A stretch of 64,000 bases of DNA from an uncultured Methanoregula sp. Lineage in GTDB: Archaea > Halobacteriota > Methanomicrobia > Methanomicrobiales > Methanospirillaceae. A model generated the notes under the pieces. That model was given only the letters and a program-made list of their open reading frames with translations. It searched no databases and was not told the origin of the DNA. This document shows, one piece after another, positions 17,901 through 27,242 of this stretch (its first letter is position 1; each line of letters opens with the position of its first letter). The stretch spans positions 239-64,238 of the forward strand of contig CAYVAQ010000013.1 in NCBI GenBank assembly GCA_964448885.1, in the 5' to 3' direction. A program made the position numbers and the translations under genes.

Positions 17901-20900
17901 CCCGGTTGTTGTGTTGGCGGTGAACCCGGCGGTAATCGTCCCCGATGAGCACGGCCGGAATACCTGGATCCGGTGGTTCGCTGCGTCGACAATAAAGACA
18001 CGATCATCAGCACTCACTGCAATCCCTTCGGGATAGGCAAACTGTCCGGTCCCGCTCCCTGCCGAACCCCACTCCGTAACAAACTGGCCGTCCGCCCGGA
18101 ACTTCTGGACCCGGTGGTTCTCGTTGTCGGCGACATAGACGTCCCCTGCCGAATCAACGGCAATGCCGGCCGGGTAATCGAACAGCCCGGCCCCCGTTCC
18201 CCCTCCACCCCATGCGGTGATGGGAGACCCCGCCAAATCGAACTTCTGGACCCGGTGAGTCGGTGATCGCTCCGTTGTGTAGATCGCCGAGGAGCCGTCC
18301 GCGGCAATAAAGAACGGGTCCGTGAACTGCCCGGGGCCGGATCCTGCACTTCCCCACTTCGTGAGGAATGTACCGTCCGGGTCGAATTTCTGTACACGGG
18401 CATTGGCGATGTCCATAACATAGATCATACCATCAGCATCGGACGCAACCCCGCCGACCATCGAGAACTGGCCATTGCCGGTACCCGGGGCTCCCCAGCC
18501 GGTGAGCCAGGAGCCGGCTGCATCGAATTTCTGGATCCGGTTGCCGGAGACGTCCCCGACATAGACATTCCCGGCAGTGTCAGCCGCAATCCCCAACGGG
18601 TACGTGAACTGGCCGTTGCCGGATCCTTCGGACCCGAATGCGCTGATGAATGTTCCTTCCGGGCTGATGACCTGGACCCGGTAATTGCCCGAATCAGTGA
18701 TGTACAGGTTGCCCGATGGATGGATGGCAATCCCCTCCGGGTAATTAAACTCCGGCCCGCTCCCTGAACCGGAGCCTTCGTGCCCGAACTCAGTCACGAA
18801 CTCATATGTCTCTGCTGTTCCGGCAGCGGACACCGCAATGAATCCCTCCCGGGTGAGCGAGCCGGATCCCGAAATGTTGCTCACCCTCAAAGAGACATTG
18901 TAAAAGCCGGGTGCTGCATACGTGTGGCCGGGGTTTTGGAGAGTCGAGGTGCTGCCATCGCCAAATGCCCAGAGATACCCGGTGGGTAAGAGGACATTGG
19001 AGGACGATGAGTCAAACGTGACCGAAAGAGGGGCGGTCCCGTTCCGTGGCGTTGCGGTGAAACCCGCCACCGGCAGGGATTCGGCACCTCCAAGGATAGT
19101 TACGGAGCCATTTGTCGTCCCAACCGGTGTTACGATCAGCGTGGCCCCGGGCCAGCACCCCTCGCCACCGCTGCAGGCGATCTGGTAGACCGGGTCCGCC
19201 GTGAGGATGGTGGTGCTCCCGGGAGACCCGGTTGCAGTGAAGCTCAGGTTCGCCATGCGGGTGGGACTGGTATAGGTCCTGTCAGTAGTGAACGAGATAT
19301 TGATGATCGCGATCCCGGTGGTGTTGTCAATCGATGTTTCGACGGACCAAATTCCTGCCGCCTTGTCCACAACGCCATCGAGCCGGACAACGGACGGATC
19401 GAACTCCATGGTCATCCATACTGCCGCGGCACCATCCAGGTCATCTGCGGCAAGGGGGAATGTGCCCGTCCCGCCTTCGTCAAGCGTTGCATTGGGAAGG
19501 ATCACCCGGGACTCGAGCACCTGCACCGAATCACCCCACGCTGCCGTATCGCTCCCATGGGCGTTGGTGACGGTCAGCGTTAACGTATAGGAGCCGCCCG
19601 TTGTGTAGGTATGGACCGGGTTCTTCTCCGTTGATGTCCCGCCATCGCCAAAGTCCCAGAGCCATGCGGTCGGGTACCCTTTGGAATTGTCGGTGAACGT
19701 GACAGTAAGGGGAGCCGCACCGGACGTTGGATCGATATCCGGGAACCATGCGGTCGGTGCAACTGCTGCCGGCTCGAGGAAGATGTCGTGGGTGACCGCG
19801 GAATCACCGGGTGCGATGGTGACCGTGCTCGTGTTTGCCACAAGCGTGCTCCCGTACGGGGGCTCCACGTACACCGTGTAGGTCCCCGGGACGAGCGAGG
19901 AGAAGGCATAGGAACCTGCGGCATCGGTATCAGGCGCATAGGGCCACGTGACCGTCACGGGGCCTTCGGTTAAGGAGACTTCCGCCTCCTCAACCGGCAG
20001 GCCGTCGATGTCCCGGACAACGCCCGAGAGCGAGCGCGGGGCATACGCGCCCAGGTCCCAGGAGAGGTCCTGGCCGGGGACGGTCACGACATTGTAGGTG
20101 TTGTTGCCGACAAGCCCCGAACCAATTGGCGGGATATACCAGATCCTGTACGTGCCGTTCGCCTTGCCGGTGAAGGCATACGAGCCGTTGTTCCAGGTGT
20201 TCAGGTTGAATGTTGCCGATGAGGGGCCGCTGATGGCGACCGTGCCGGAGGTGAGCGGCGTCCCGTTCTCCGCGGTTACCCGGCCATGGATGCTGATGCT
20301 CTTAAAGAGCGTGAAGTTGCGCCAGGTCGTGTTCCCCAGGCTCACGGACACGGTCTGGTACGCGTAGCTCAGCCCGGAGTCTGCCGGGGGCGTGGCGCCG
20401 ACTCCCCCGAACGTGCTCTCGCCATAGATCAGCCGGTAGTAGCCGCCGTTGTTCGTGACCCCCGTCTCTCCCATGGACGAGACGCCAACTTCGCCCAGCG
20501 GGAACCCGCTCTCGTTCTGGATACGGCCGGTGAGGATAGCGGACGGCTCGAACCCGGTAAACCGGTATGTTCCCGTGCTGTATGGCTGATGATAATAATT
20601 CGGGTACCCGATATTGGTGTTATGGAGGTCCTCAACCGCGAACGGGCCGTCGATGAGTGTGCCATTGATGGTCGTGCCCGGGAAATCGAGGGTCACGTGA
20701 TGGGTCATGAGGCGGTCGAGCCTGACAATACTGCCTCCTATGGTGATGAGTTTCCCGCCCGGCCCGGTCAGGTTTGCCGTAAAGGGGAACGATACGCCGC
20801 AGCCCTCCAGGTCGCAGCCGGTGTTCCCGACCTCGACATCGAACCCGAGGACAATGGCATCGTACAGGCCGTCGCCGTCATTATCAACCGGGTAATCGGT

Positions 20901-23600
20901 AAGGTTGCCCAGGATGACGATGGTGGGCTGGGCAAACTGCGTGAAGTTGTAGGGCCGGGTGGTATGGAGGAGTGCGCGGCGTTCATATCCCGAAGGACCG
21001 TGGATCTCGAACGAGCGCAGGGTATAGGACCCGTTTGACCCGGTGTTGAAGAGCTGCTTGCCGCTGATGTTCAGCCAGGTAACCTGAGTCCCGGCATCGG
21101 AAAAGTGCGCCCCCCCGTCAATTGCCCTGACAAGGTTGTTGTTGGCATCGAAGAGCGAGCCGCTGTAGAAGTAATCGCTGTTCTCCGATGCATTGATGCC
21201 GATGGAAAAGGAGAGGGTCTCGTTCCTGCCGTCATCATTCGGTGACGAGGGGAAGTCCGTGACATTCGTGACGATCGGCACCAAGGTCCCGAATTCACCG
21301 GCAGTGATCTCCACGGTGCCGGCGTGCTCCAGCCGGTCAACGATCGTGCCGGAATCATCGAGGAGGCGGAAGCCCGAGAGGTTGTACGTCCCGTCACGGT
21401 CGTACGCGGCGATGGTGTCGCCGTCAAAGATGAGTGCGGGCACAGCACTGCCCGTTGCATATGCCGCGGTGTTCTTTGCGTACGCCATCCGGGTCCCAAC
21501 AGGGTCCTCAAGGTACCCTTCCAGGGTATACGATCCTGCTGCATTGATGGTGACCGGGACTGCTGCCTGCAGGTCGCTGCCGGCAGGCGATGCCGATGCA
21601 GGACCGGCAAACACGGCTGCGGTCTTCTCGAACTTCGAGCTCAGGTACGGGGCGGTCTGCCATGATTTTGAGGGAGGGGCGCTGTTCTCCTGGTATTCAT
21701 GCCGCCAGACAACCGTGGCAGTATACGGGCCGTCGATTGCCGATGATGAGATGTCCGTTCCCGGGAAAACGGCAGTGACCGAGTAGTTGCCTGCTTCGAG
21801 CGACGACTGGTTCCGCTGGATGGAGATGACTTCAGGGCCCGACCCGCTGTCCCGGCTTAAGATGAAGACGATCTCGTGGGTACCGTTCTGGACAACGGAG
21901 ATGTCCCCCGCGGCGCTGAGCGTGTCGAAGAGCCCGTCAGCATCGGCATCGGCAGGGGCGTCGATGGTCCCGATGGTCTCGGTCCCTTCAAGGCGCCGCT
22001 CCATGGTATCGCACTTACCGGTGCAGCTGGTCGCGGCTGGCGGCGAGAGGACAAGCCCCGGGATACGCCCTCCTGCCTGTTTGCCGGGATATCCCCAGTC
22101 ATTGGATTCAACGCCCTTCTTGCCGTCCCCTTCCCGCATGCACATGTACTCCTCGTCGCCGTAAAAAAAGTAGTTCGGGCCCTTGCGGTTCCTCAGTTCA
22201 TAGGTATCGGTCGAGCTCCACCAGTTGGTCTTCGAGACGTTCTCTTCGTAGAAGTCCGGCAGGCTGTCGTCATAATACGTGTTCACACCGTCCACGTTGA
22301 CCGGATTCGGGTCGTAATCGCTGTCCTGCTTGTTGTAAAATTCCCCGCCCGGCTTCCACTGGTCGGCGATCCACTTATGCATGTTCTCGTGGGCGAGCAC
22401 CTCGGCAGCGCAGTCGATCCCGGTGACCGATGGTCCCCCGAACGACTCGCCGCCCGGGCTGAGCGTTGTTGTCGGCAGGACCAGGGGGTCGTCGTAGTGC
22501 ATGGTTGCGGCCTTGGAGTAGAGATAGATCATCCCGCTGAAGTACTCGCCCCACCCGCTTTCAGTCCCGTTATACTGTACGGTATTGTCAAGGAGGGGCA
22601 CTGCCGCATCGTCCCGCCAGTACTCAAACCAGTTGGGCTGGCCGTCACTGTCATCATCCACCCAGTCGGGATAATTCCCCTTCTCGAACCAGATGGTGAT
22701 CGGGACCTTGATCTCGGAGAATTCCTGCTGGTGGCTCATGCGGTCGGTAGCATGGAGCCGGGCAATGAGCCACTTCTTCCCGTATGCTCCTGCTGCCGGC
22801 GTGTACACGAAATCGCCCGTGTCCGGCATCACCCGCATATAGTCCAGGTTCCCGGACTTCTGGTCAATGATATGATAGGAGATATCGTTGATCTCCCAGT
22901 CAGGCCCGCCCGGCCGGACCGAGGGCTTTACCGTGATGTCGTGGCGGGTTACGAAGATCTCGGGCGTGATGGACAGATCGATGAGTTCGGGGGGCGGGGG
23001 TGACATATACTCCAGGTACAGGTAGATGTCGGTTACCTTGTTCCCCCACCCGTATGCCTCGTACGTTACCGTATTGACACCGGGGTGCAGGTCGGCAGGG
23101 GCGATATCGAACTCCCAGTCATAAATATTGCTATATCCGGATTTTGACATCGGCTGGTTGAAGGGGCAGTCCGTGTACTGCTTCCCGTTGATCCGGATGA
23201 GGTCCTTCCCGTCGAACCGGTCACCGTCCCGGGAGAGCAGTACCCCGCTGCAGTCCCCGTAGACCCAGCCATCCAGGCCGATGCGTGCGCTGAATACCCG
23301 CGAGAGGTTCACCGTGGCGGGGATGGTAATCGTATACGTGAATGTCCCGGAGAACGGGTCATCACATTCGATGTCCGGCCAGTTCCCGCTACATTCATAC
23401 ACCGGCAGGCTGTCACCGAGGTCCCCCCCGGTCCAGTCACTGCTCATGATATAAGGTGTGACCCAGCAGGAAGGATAGGCACATTCCGTGGTAAACGCAT
23501 CCGCTGCCCCGCAGAAGAGGGCCGAAACAACAAGGACAAGGAGGATGACAAGGTACGGTCGGTGACGCAGGTAGGCAGGGAGACGCGGGCAAACGCGCAT
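14913..23600 (-). CDS. Giant secreted multidomain protein (about 2900 aa): HEXXH zincin-like region, Ca-binding DxDxDG modules, carboxypeptidase-regulatory-like domains, cohesin-like domain, NHL propeller, multiple PKD, six IPT/TIG
   Basis: Likely start MRVCPRLP (23600) before a hydrophobic signal. EVLAHENMH at 22377-22391. DADADGLFD and DNDGDGLYD motifs. NHL repeats F.YP.GIA.D..G.VYV.D..N.RVQKF. Repeated WNWSFGDGNFS (PKD) and P.I.S.TP..G (IPT). Confidence 0.9.
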   Translation of the reverse strand: MRVCPRLPAYLRHRPYLVILLVLVVSALFCGAADAFTTECAYPSCWVTPYIMSSDWTGGDLGDSLPVYECSGNWPDIECDDPFSGTFTYTITIPATVNLSRVFSARIGLDGWVYGDCSGVLLSRDGDRFDGKDLIRINGKQYTDCPFNQPMSKSGYSNIYDWEFDIAPADLHPGVNTVTYEAYGWGNKVTDIYLYLEYMSPPPPELIDLSITPEIFVTRHDITVKPSVRPGGPDWEINDISYHIIDQKSGNLDYMRVMPDTGDFVYTPAAGAYGKKWLIARLHATDRMSHQQEFSEIKVPITIWFEKGNYPDWVDDDSDGQPNWFEYWRDDAAVPLLDNTVQYNGTESGWGEYFSGMIYLYSKAATMHYDDPLVLPTTTLSPGGESFGGPSVTGIDCAAEVLAHENMHKWIADQWKPGGEFYNKQDSDYDPNPVNVDGVNTYYDDSLPDFYEENVSKTNWWSSTDTYELRNRKGPNYFFYGDEEYMCMREGDGKKGVESNDWGYPGKQAGGRIPGLVLSPPAATSCTGKCDTMERRLEGTETIGTIDAPADADADGLFDTLSAAGDISVVQNGTHEIVFILSRDSGSGPEVISIQRNQSSLEAGNYSVTAVFPGTDISSSAIDGPYTATVVWRHEYQENSAPPSKSWQTAPYLSSKFEKTAAVFAGPASASPAGSDLQAAVPVTINAAGSYTLEGYLEDPVGTRMAYAKNTAAYATGSAVPALIFDGDTIAAYDRDGTYNLSGFRLLDDSGTIVDRLEHAGTVEITAGEFGTLVPIVTNVTDFPSSPNDDGRNETLSFSIGINASENSDYFYSGSLFDANNNLVRAIDGGAHFSDAGTQVTWLNISGKQLFNTGSNGSYTLRSFEIHGPSGYERRALLHTTRPYNFTQFAQPTIVILGNLTDYPVDNDGDGLYDAIVLGFDVEVGNTGCDLEGCGVSFPFTANLTGPGGKLITIGGSIVRLDRLMTHHVTLDFPGTTINGTLIDGPFAVEDLHNTNIGYPNYYHQPYSTGTYRFTGFEPSAILTGRIQNESGFPLGEVGVSSMGETGVTNNGGYYRLIYGESTFGGVGATPPADSGLSYAYQTVSVSLGNTTWRNFTLFKSISIHGRVTAENGTPLTSGTVAISGPSSATFNLNTWNNGSYAFTGKANGTYRIWYIPPIGSGLVGNNTYNVVTVPGQDLSWDLGAYAPRSLSGVVRDIDGLPVEEAEVSLTEGPVTVTWPYAPDTDAAGSYAFSSLVPGTYTVYVEPPYGSTLVANTSTVTIAPGDSAVTHDIFLEPAAVAPTAWFPDIDPTSGAAPLTVTFTDNSKGYPTAWLWDFGDGGTSTEKNPVHTYTTGGSYTLTLTVTNAHGSDTAAWGDSVQVLESRVILPNATLDEGGTGTFPLAADDLDGAAAVWMTMEFDPSVVRLDGVVDKAAGIWSVETSIDNTTGIAIINISFTTDRTYTSPTRMANLSFTATGSPGSTTILTADPVYQIACSGGEGCWPGATLIVTPVGTTNGSVTILGGAESLPVAGFTATPRNGTAPLSVTFDSSSSNVLLPTGYLWAFGDGSTSTLQNPGHTYAAPGFYNVSLRVSNISGSGSLTREGFIAVSAAGTAETYEFVTEFGHEGSGSGSGPEFNYPEGIAIHPSGNLYITDSGNYRVQVISPEGTFISAFGSEGSGNGQFTYPLGIAADTAGNVYVGDVSGNRIQKFDAAGSWLTGWGAPGTGNGQFSMVGGVASDADGMIYVMDIANARVQKFDPDGTFLTKWGSAGSGPGQFTDPFFIAADGSSAIYTTERSPTHRVQKFDLAGSPITAWGGGGTGAGLFDYPAGIAVDSAGDVYVADNENHRVQKFRADGQFVTEWGSAGSGTGQFAYPEGIAVSADDRVFIVDAANHRIQVFRPCSSGTITAGFTANTTTGEAPLHVKFTDTSAGSPTEWNWSFGDGEFSGTQNPDHTYNGAGTYTVQLTVTGTTGSDTLTRTDYITVTSGSSPAPVAAFSADITSGIAPLTVQFTDQSTNSPIQWNWSFGDGNFSTLQSPSHVYEPAGTFTVILNATNADGSDTETKTDYITVTASVPPAPVAAFTADVTSGTAPLTVQFTDQSTNSPTQWNWSFGDGNFSILQNPLHVYEPAGTYTVTLNATNAGGFDLMTRADYITVTGAVIPAPVAAFTADVTNGTAPLSVQFTDQSTGSPTEWNWSFGDGNFSILRNPLHVYEPAGTYTVTLNATNAGGSDQMTRVDYINVTGEVIPAPIAAFTATPTSGTIPLTVTFTDTSANAPTAWNWSFGDGNFSSARHPVYTYPDDGLYTVSLNASSSTGYNISVRTNYINATYPRPVIASVTPSPVLLNSTISFAVNGANFDPAAGMTRVNFTMGAFDNTNITITGVTPATINGTMVIGPTAPAGKWNVTVTTTKGGPSAVRTSAVVVSPAARPVIGSVRPATAALNTTVNVSVSGSNFDETGGMTRVNVTRGTFDNANITITDVTTTMINFTIVAGPGVPTGPWDVIVTTVNGGSSLVRTGAITVSTVPAPAIASLSPAKGARNTTVNFTITGTNFQAGAGKTRVRIYEDVMDTELDAAVTGITPTTIKGTVSIDGEAYPGDYIVEVNCVDGGTAAKAAAFTIGYLEMPAITSMTPSSGFRNDTVQYVITGSGFQPGLTTVLFRNQTTNAVFGTSEVSLVTGTRIIGNLTIPADAPTGQYRLDILTVDGGTVSRRNAFRADAVKPPVIGSLTPSTGAKGSVTAFTLTGSNFMAAEKTTVRVSDDVTGTELATDLFSVTQTKIIGSFTIPASAPSGKYRLTVSTTDGGETTRSEAFTVSYLERPVIGTLTPATGARNSNIAFTLTGDNFVDGGTIVRMRTFGSTINATALSVNTTKITGEFPIPADAGTGAYRLDVITQGGGFNSKLNAFTMTAA
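16930..17700 (-). repeat. Three near-identical 258-bp PKD-encoding tandem units
   Basis: ccgccggcattggtggc at 16963 and 17221 (258 bp apart), and a third unit at about 17479. The protein repeats APL(T/S)VQFTDQST(N/G)SP..WNWSFGDGNFS..LQ.P.HVYEPAGT. Confidence 0.85.
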
Positions 23601-23887
23601 GGATGTAAAAGGGGAATTCTCTCTCAAAACGCTTTCGATCTGAGATCTCCGGAATGCCGGAATCCCATCGGGCCCTGAGCGGATGACGCGGCAGAGGGTA
23701 CCCATCTGCGTTCTGCCACAATCCTCCCGGCACTCCCCTCACCCCTGGAGAGGATTGGTGAATGAATATTCCGGTTTCAGCACGACATCCCCACGACGCA
23801 CTGGATCACCGGGTCGATCCCCGCTGCCGTCAGTGCCAGCATCGTCACCGCGATGATGACATAGGTGGCTACCGCGAGAACCGCCGC

Positions 23888-24091
23888 CTAGATGACCCCG
23901 TCCCAGCCAAGGCTCTTCGGGTGCAGGTTCGAGATGATGAAGTAGGAGACGTACAGGGAGACGAGCGAGAAGAGGAAGAAGATCCCGTACATCCCGAGAA
24001 GGCCGGGGGCAGCGCCGGTCGAGATCACCCCGAGGATGAGGTAGAATACCGAGATGATGATGACGACTTTCTCCGGGGTGTTGAGTCGCAT
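23888..24091 (-). CDS. Small 2-TM membrane protein
   Basis: MRLNTPEKVVIIISVFYLILG... with two hydrophobic helices. A TATA-like ttatataaa lies upstream at about 24113-24121. Confidence 0.65.
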   Translation of the reverse strand: MRLNTPEKVVIIISVFYLILGVISTGAAPGLLGMYGIFFLFSLVSLYVSYFIISNLHPKSLGWDGVI

Positions 24092-24310
24092 CCGGTGCAC
24101 ACGCGTGACTCCTTATATAAAGTTCTCCCTGAAGGTATTAAGAATGATAGAATGCGCAACATTCGGTCTTGCGAAACGACGTTGCGGCTTGTGGCCTGAA
24201 CAAAAACCCGCTCAACGCTTGTCGCATTCATCAGGTCCGGATGAAACCGCAGCTCCGGAAATGGGGCGGGATCGGGCGGGCAATCCCCGGCTGCCGGGCC
24301 CCATCCCCCT

Positions 24311-25435
24311 TCAGGCCCGTTTTCTGCAGGTCACCACGATCCCTGCAACCGCGAGAATGCCGAGCACCGCTTCGAACCCCGGCGTTCGGACAAATGCCGG
24401 CCCGCTGAACGATACAGATGTCACCGTCCCCGGTGTGATATTGACCTGCTTTGACTGCGAGCGGTAGTCCAACGGAGTGACCCGGATCCTGTACGGGCCT
24501 GGGACTACATTGGTGATGAGGGCTTCATCCGAGGTCTTGATCTCCCCGAAATACTTCAGTGTCTCCTGCCCGGTCTCCGGGTTCAGGATGTACACCTGGT
24601 ACTGGGTCGAAGCAGCGGTGCTGCCGGATGGTTTGAGGGCGCTGCACCCGCTACAGGTAATGTGTATCGTTCCGGTGCTGGTCGGGACCATCATCGCTGC
24701 AGCGGCAGACGTTCCTTCCTGCGGGGGCTCCGGTGCCGTGGTGACCGGGACGGTTGTTGCTAGGGTGGCTGTTGTCCTGGTTGTTGCCACCGTTGTTGTC
24801 ATGGATTGTACAAAATCCGCTTCGACCACAGTCGTCTTCTCCTGTTCGACAGTCACCCGCCGGGCAATGTCCGAATAGCCTTTGAGGTGAACGAGCACGA
24901 TGTGGGGACCGGCCTGGACATGGTACAGGGTGATCGGGGTTATCCCCTGCTGGGCCCCGTCCAGCGAGACCATCGCCCCGGTTGGCTCTGACGTCACGCT
25001 GATGATCCCGGCAGGACCCGGTGTCAGTGTCGTACCGGGGCTGGTCGTCTCCGTTGTTGCCGGCACCGTGGTCCAGTGGCCGCCCGGTTCCGCGGCAACG
25101 GAGATGCAGTCGGGGATGGTCTTCGTGCTGCTCAGCGTCCCGGTCGCGTCCTTCACCGTGAGCGTGACCGTGAAGGTGCCGGGGTACTGGTACGTGTGCT
25201 CAGGATTCTGGAGGAAGGACGTTGAGCCGTCCCCGAACTCCCATGAGTAGAGCGCGGCATTGGTGGAGCGGTCATCGAACCCGGCCGTGAACGGGGCGAT
25301 CCCGCTCGTAAACGAGTCCCGGACAACGAAGTCTGCAACCGGCTGGTCGGCAGCGGAGACAACGACTGCCATGCCTGCCAGTGCGGGGATGAGGAAGACC
25401 AGGAAGAGGGATTTTGGAACAACCGGCATATCCAT
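24311..25435 (-). CDS. PKD + PEGA surface protein with PGF-CTERM sorting signal
   Basis: PKD (YSWEFGDGSTS...NPEHTY), PEGA (ISVTSEPTGAMVSLDG...GITP), Thr-rich linker, C-terminal TPGFEAVLGILAVAGIVVTCRKRA. Confidence 0.88.
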   Translation of the reverse strand: MDMPVVPKSLFLVFLIPALAGMAVVVSAADQPVADFVVRDSFTSGIAPFTAGFDDRSTNAALYSWEFGDGSTSFLQNPEHTYQYPGTFTVTLTVKDATGTLSSTKTIPDCISVAAEPGGHWTTVPATTETTSPGTTLTPGPAGIISVTSEPTGAMVSLDGAQQGITPITLYHVQAGPHIVLVHLKGYSDIARRVTVEQEKTTVVEADFVQSMTTTVATTRTTATLATTVPVTTAPEPPQEGTSAAAAMMVPTSTGTIHITCSGCSALKPSGSTAASTQYQVYILNPETGQETLKYFGEIKTSDEALITNVVPGPYRIRVTPLDYRSQSKQVNITPGTVTSVSFSGPAFVRTPGFEAVLGILAVAGIVVTCRKRA

Positions 25436-25573
25436 CACATGTCCGTGGTTTCCTTGGAAGATAATTAAACCTGACTGATGCGACACGCTGGCGGTAGTGG
25501 CGGTCCGCACAGGGATCCCCGGCCCGCGGTCCTACCACAACCTTGAAGTGGAAACGGGCAGGACGCTATTCCC

Positions 25574-26296
25574 ATGAATGCAGTCACGTGCCGTCACCGG
25601 CACCTCATCATCCTCATCGTCTTCCTGCTCCTGGCGGGGATTCCCGGCGCGGTCGCAGCACCGGAGCTTTCCAGCACCGGCGGTCCCGGTGGCAACATCA
25701 CGGTTGCCTCGTATCCTGAAGGGGCAGCGGTATACCTCAACGGCGGCTTCCGTGGCATCACCCCCCTGGAGATGACGGGCATTCCTCCGGGAGATTACGT
25801 GGTCAATGTCAGCATGAACGGGTACCAGAACGAGACCTTCACGACAACGCTCTTCCATGGCAGCGGCCGGCAGATCAATGTCAACCTCATCGCAGCGGGC
25901 GCTGCTCCCACAACAGCGGCAACCTTTGCGGTGGTCCACGGTACGGGATCGATAGGGGTCGACTCGAATCCCGGCGGCGCATCGGTGAAGCTGGACGGGA
26001 TACCGGTCGGCAACACCCCGACCGGCCGGGCAGCGCTCATCCTCAACAGTGTCCCGGACGGTACGCACACAATCACGGTCGAACTCGCGGGATACCCGGC
26101 CTACACCGAGACGGTCACGGTCAGGAAGAACAATGTGGTGAAGGTCGAGGCGGACTTCGTTACCCGGACCCCGACCATCTATTCCGTGACAACGATCGCC
26201 ACCACCGACCGGGCCGAACCGGTGCCGGTCTCCCCGCTTGCCGCGATCGTGGCAGCGGGATTCGTTGCGCTGGTTGTGGCGTTCCGCCGGCAGTGA
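25574..26296 (+). CDS. Double-PEGA membrane-anchored protein
   Basis: ITVASYPEGAAVYLNG...GITP and IGVDSNPGGASVKLDG; C-terminal VPVSP + TM + RRQ. Confidence 0.88.
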   Translation: MNAVTCRHRHLIILIVFLLLAGIPGAVAAPELSSTGGPGGNITVASYPEGAAVYLNGGFRGITPLEMTGIPPGDYVVNVSMNGYQNETFTTTLFHGSGRQINVNLIAAGAAPTTAATFAVVHGTGSIGVDSNPGGASVKLDGIPVGNTPTGRAALILNSVPDGTHTITVELAGYPAYTETVTVRKNNVVKVEADFVTRTPTIYSVTTIATTDRAEPVPVSPLAAIVAAGFVALVVAFRRQ

Positions 26297-26526
26297 TTTT
26301 TCCCGGGTTCGATCCATCTCAAAAAAGTTCGATCCATCTCTCAAAAATTTTTGGGATTCCTTGCACACGGTTTTGCACGCTTTTTCGTGTCCGGACACGA
26401 TATGACGGGGGAACCCGCACTTCAGGGAACGATACCGGGGGTTTGCCCCCCTCATTGAAAATATTCCTTCAGGGGAGGTACCCCCCACCCCCATCCTTAT
26501 AACCCGGCAGCACATGAGCACTCCTC

Positions 26527-26913
26527 ATGGCAGGCATATCGCATTTCATGGTCCCGGCCGATGACGTTGCCCGGGCAAAGAAGTTCTATAACGGCGTCCT
26601 TGGCTGGACGATCACACCGGTCCATGACACTCCGGAGATGCCGGGGATGGACGCGATGCAGTACCACGAGATCAGGACCGGCATGGTGAAGGCCGGCACC
26701 CTCAGCTCGGGTGGACTCTACAAGCGGCACACGAACGAACCGGTGCTCAGCTTTGCAGAGGTGCAGGACATCGATGCCGCGGTCGCGAGGGTGGAGAAAC
26801 TCGGCGGGAAGATCACGATGCCCAAAACCGCAATCCCGGGCGTCGGCCTTGTCGCGATGGTCCTGGACAGCGAGGGGAACATGTTCGGCATCTGGAAACC
26901 GGACCGGAAGTGA
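26527..26913 (+). CDS. VOC/glyoxalase (bleomycin-resistance-like) family protein
   Basis: HFMVPADDVARAKKFYNGVLGW...VQDIDAAVARVEKLGGKI...DSEGNMFGIW. Confidence 0.92.
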   Translation: MAGISHFMVPADDVARAKKFYNGVLGWTITPVHDTPEMPGMDAMQYHEIRTGMVKAGTLSSGGLYKRHTNEPVLSFAEVQDIDAAVARVEKLGGKITMPKTAIPGVGLVAMVLDSEGNMFGIWKPDRK

Positions 26914-27242
26914 GCGGCTGGCAGCCGGGGCTGCCATACCGTATCCTTTTGGCGAGGGGGATATCCCCAGCAGGAGCGGCGCGGGCATTAGGGAAGGGTA
27001 CGGAAGATCATCCTGTCCTTTGCCTGGTATTACTGCCCGGGCCCGGCCCGCAATAACATCCGGGAAAGATCTAAAATTCTTTTGAATTTCACTCATTTTC
27101 GCAAAAAAATCCGTTTACATCGTTTCCTGTAAACTGCATACGATTTTATACCCGGTATCATAATGCATCATCACCGGGAAAAGTCCCGGTCGTTCCGGTA
27201 CCTGTGCGCCTGTTCCGGTCACAACAAGGGTGGAGTCAAGTC

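Noticed and set aside
25543-25562. GAAGTGGAAACGGG, resembling part of an ORB box
   Set aside because: It is a single partial match in a short divergent promoter region, with no second box, AT-rich unwinding element or orc1.
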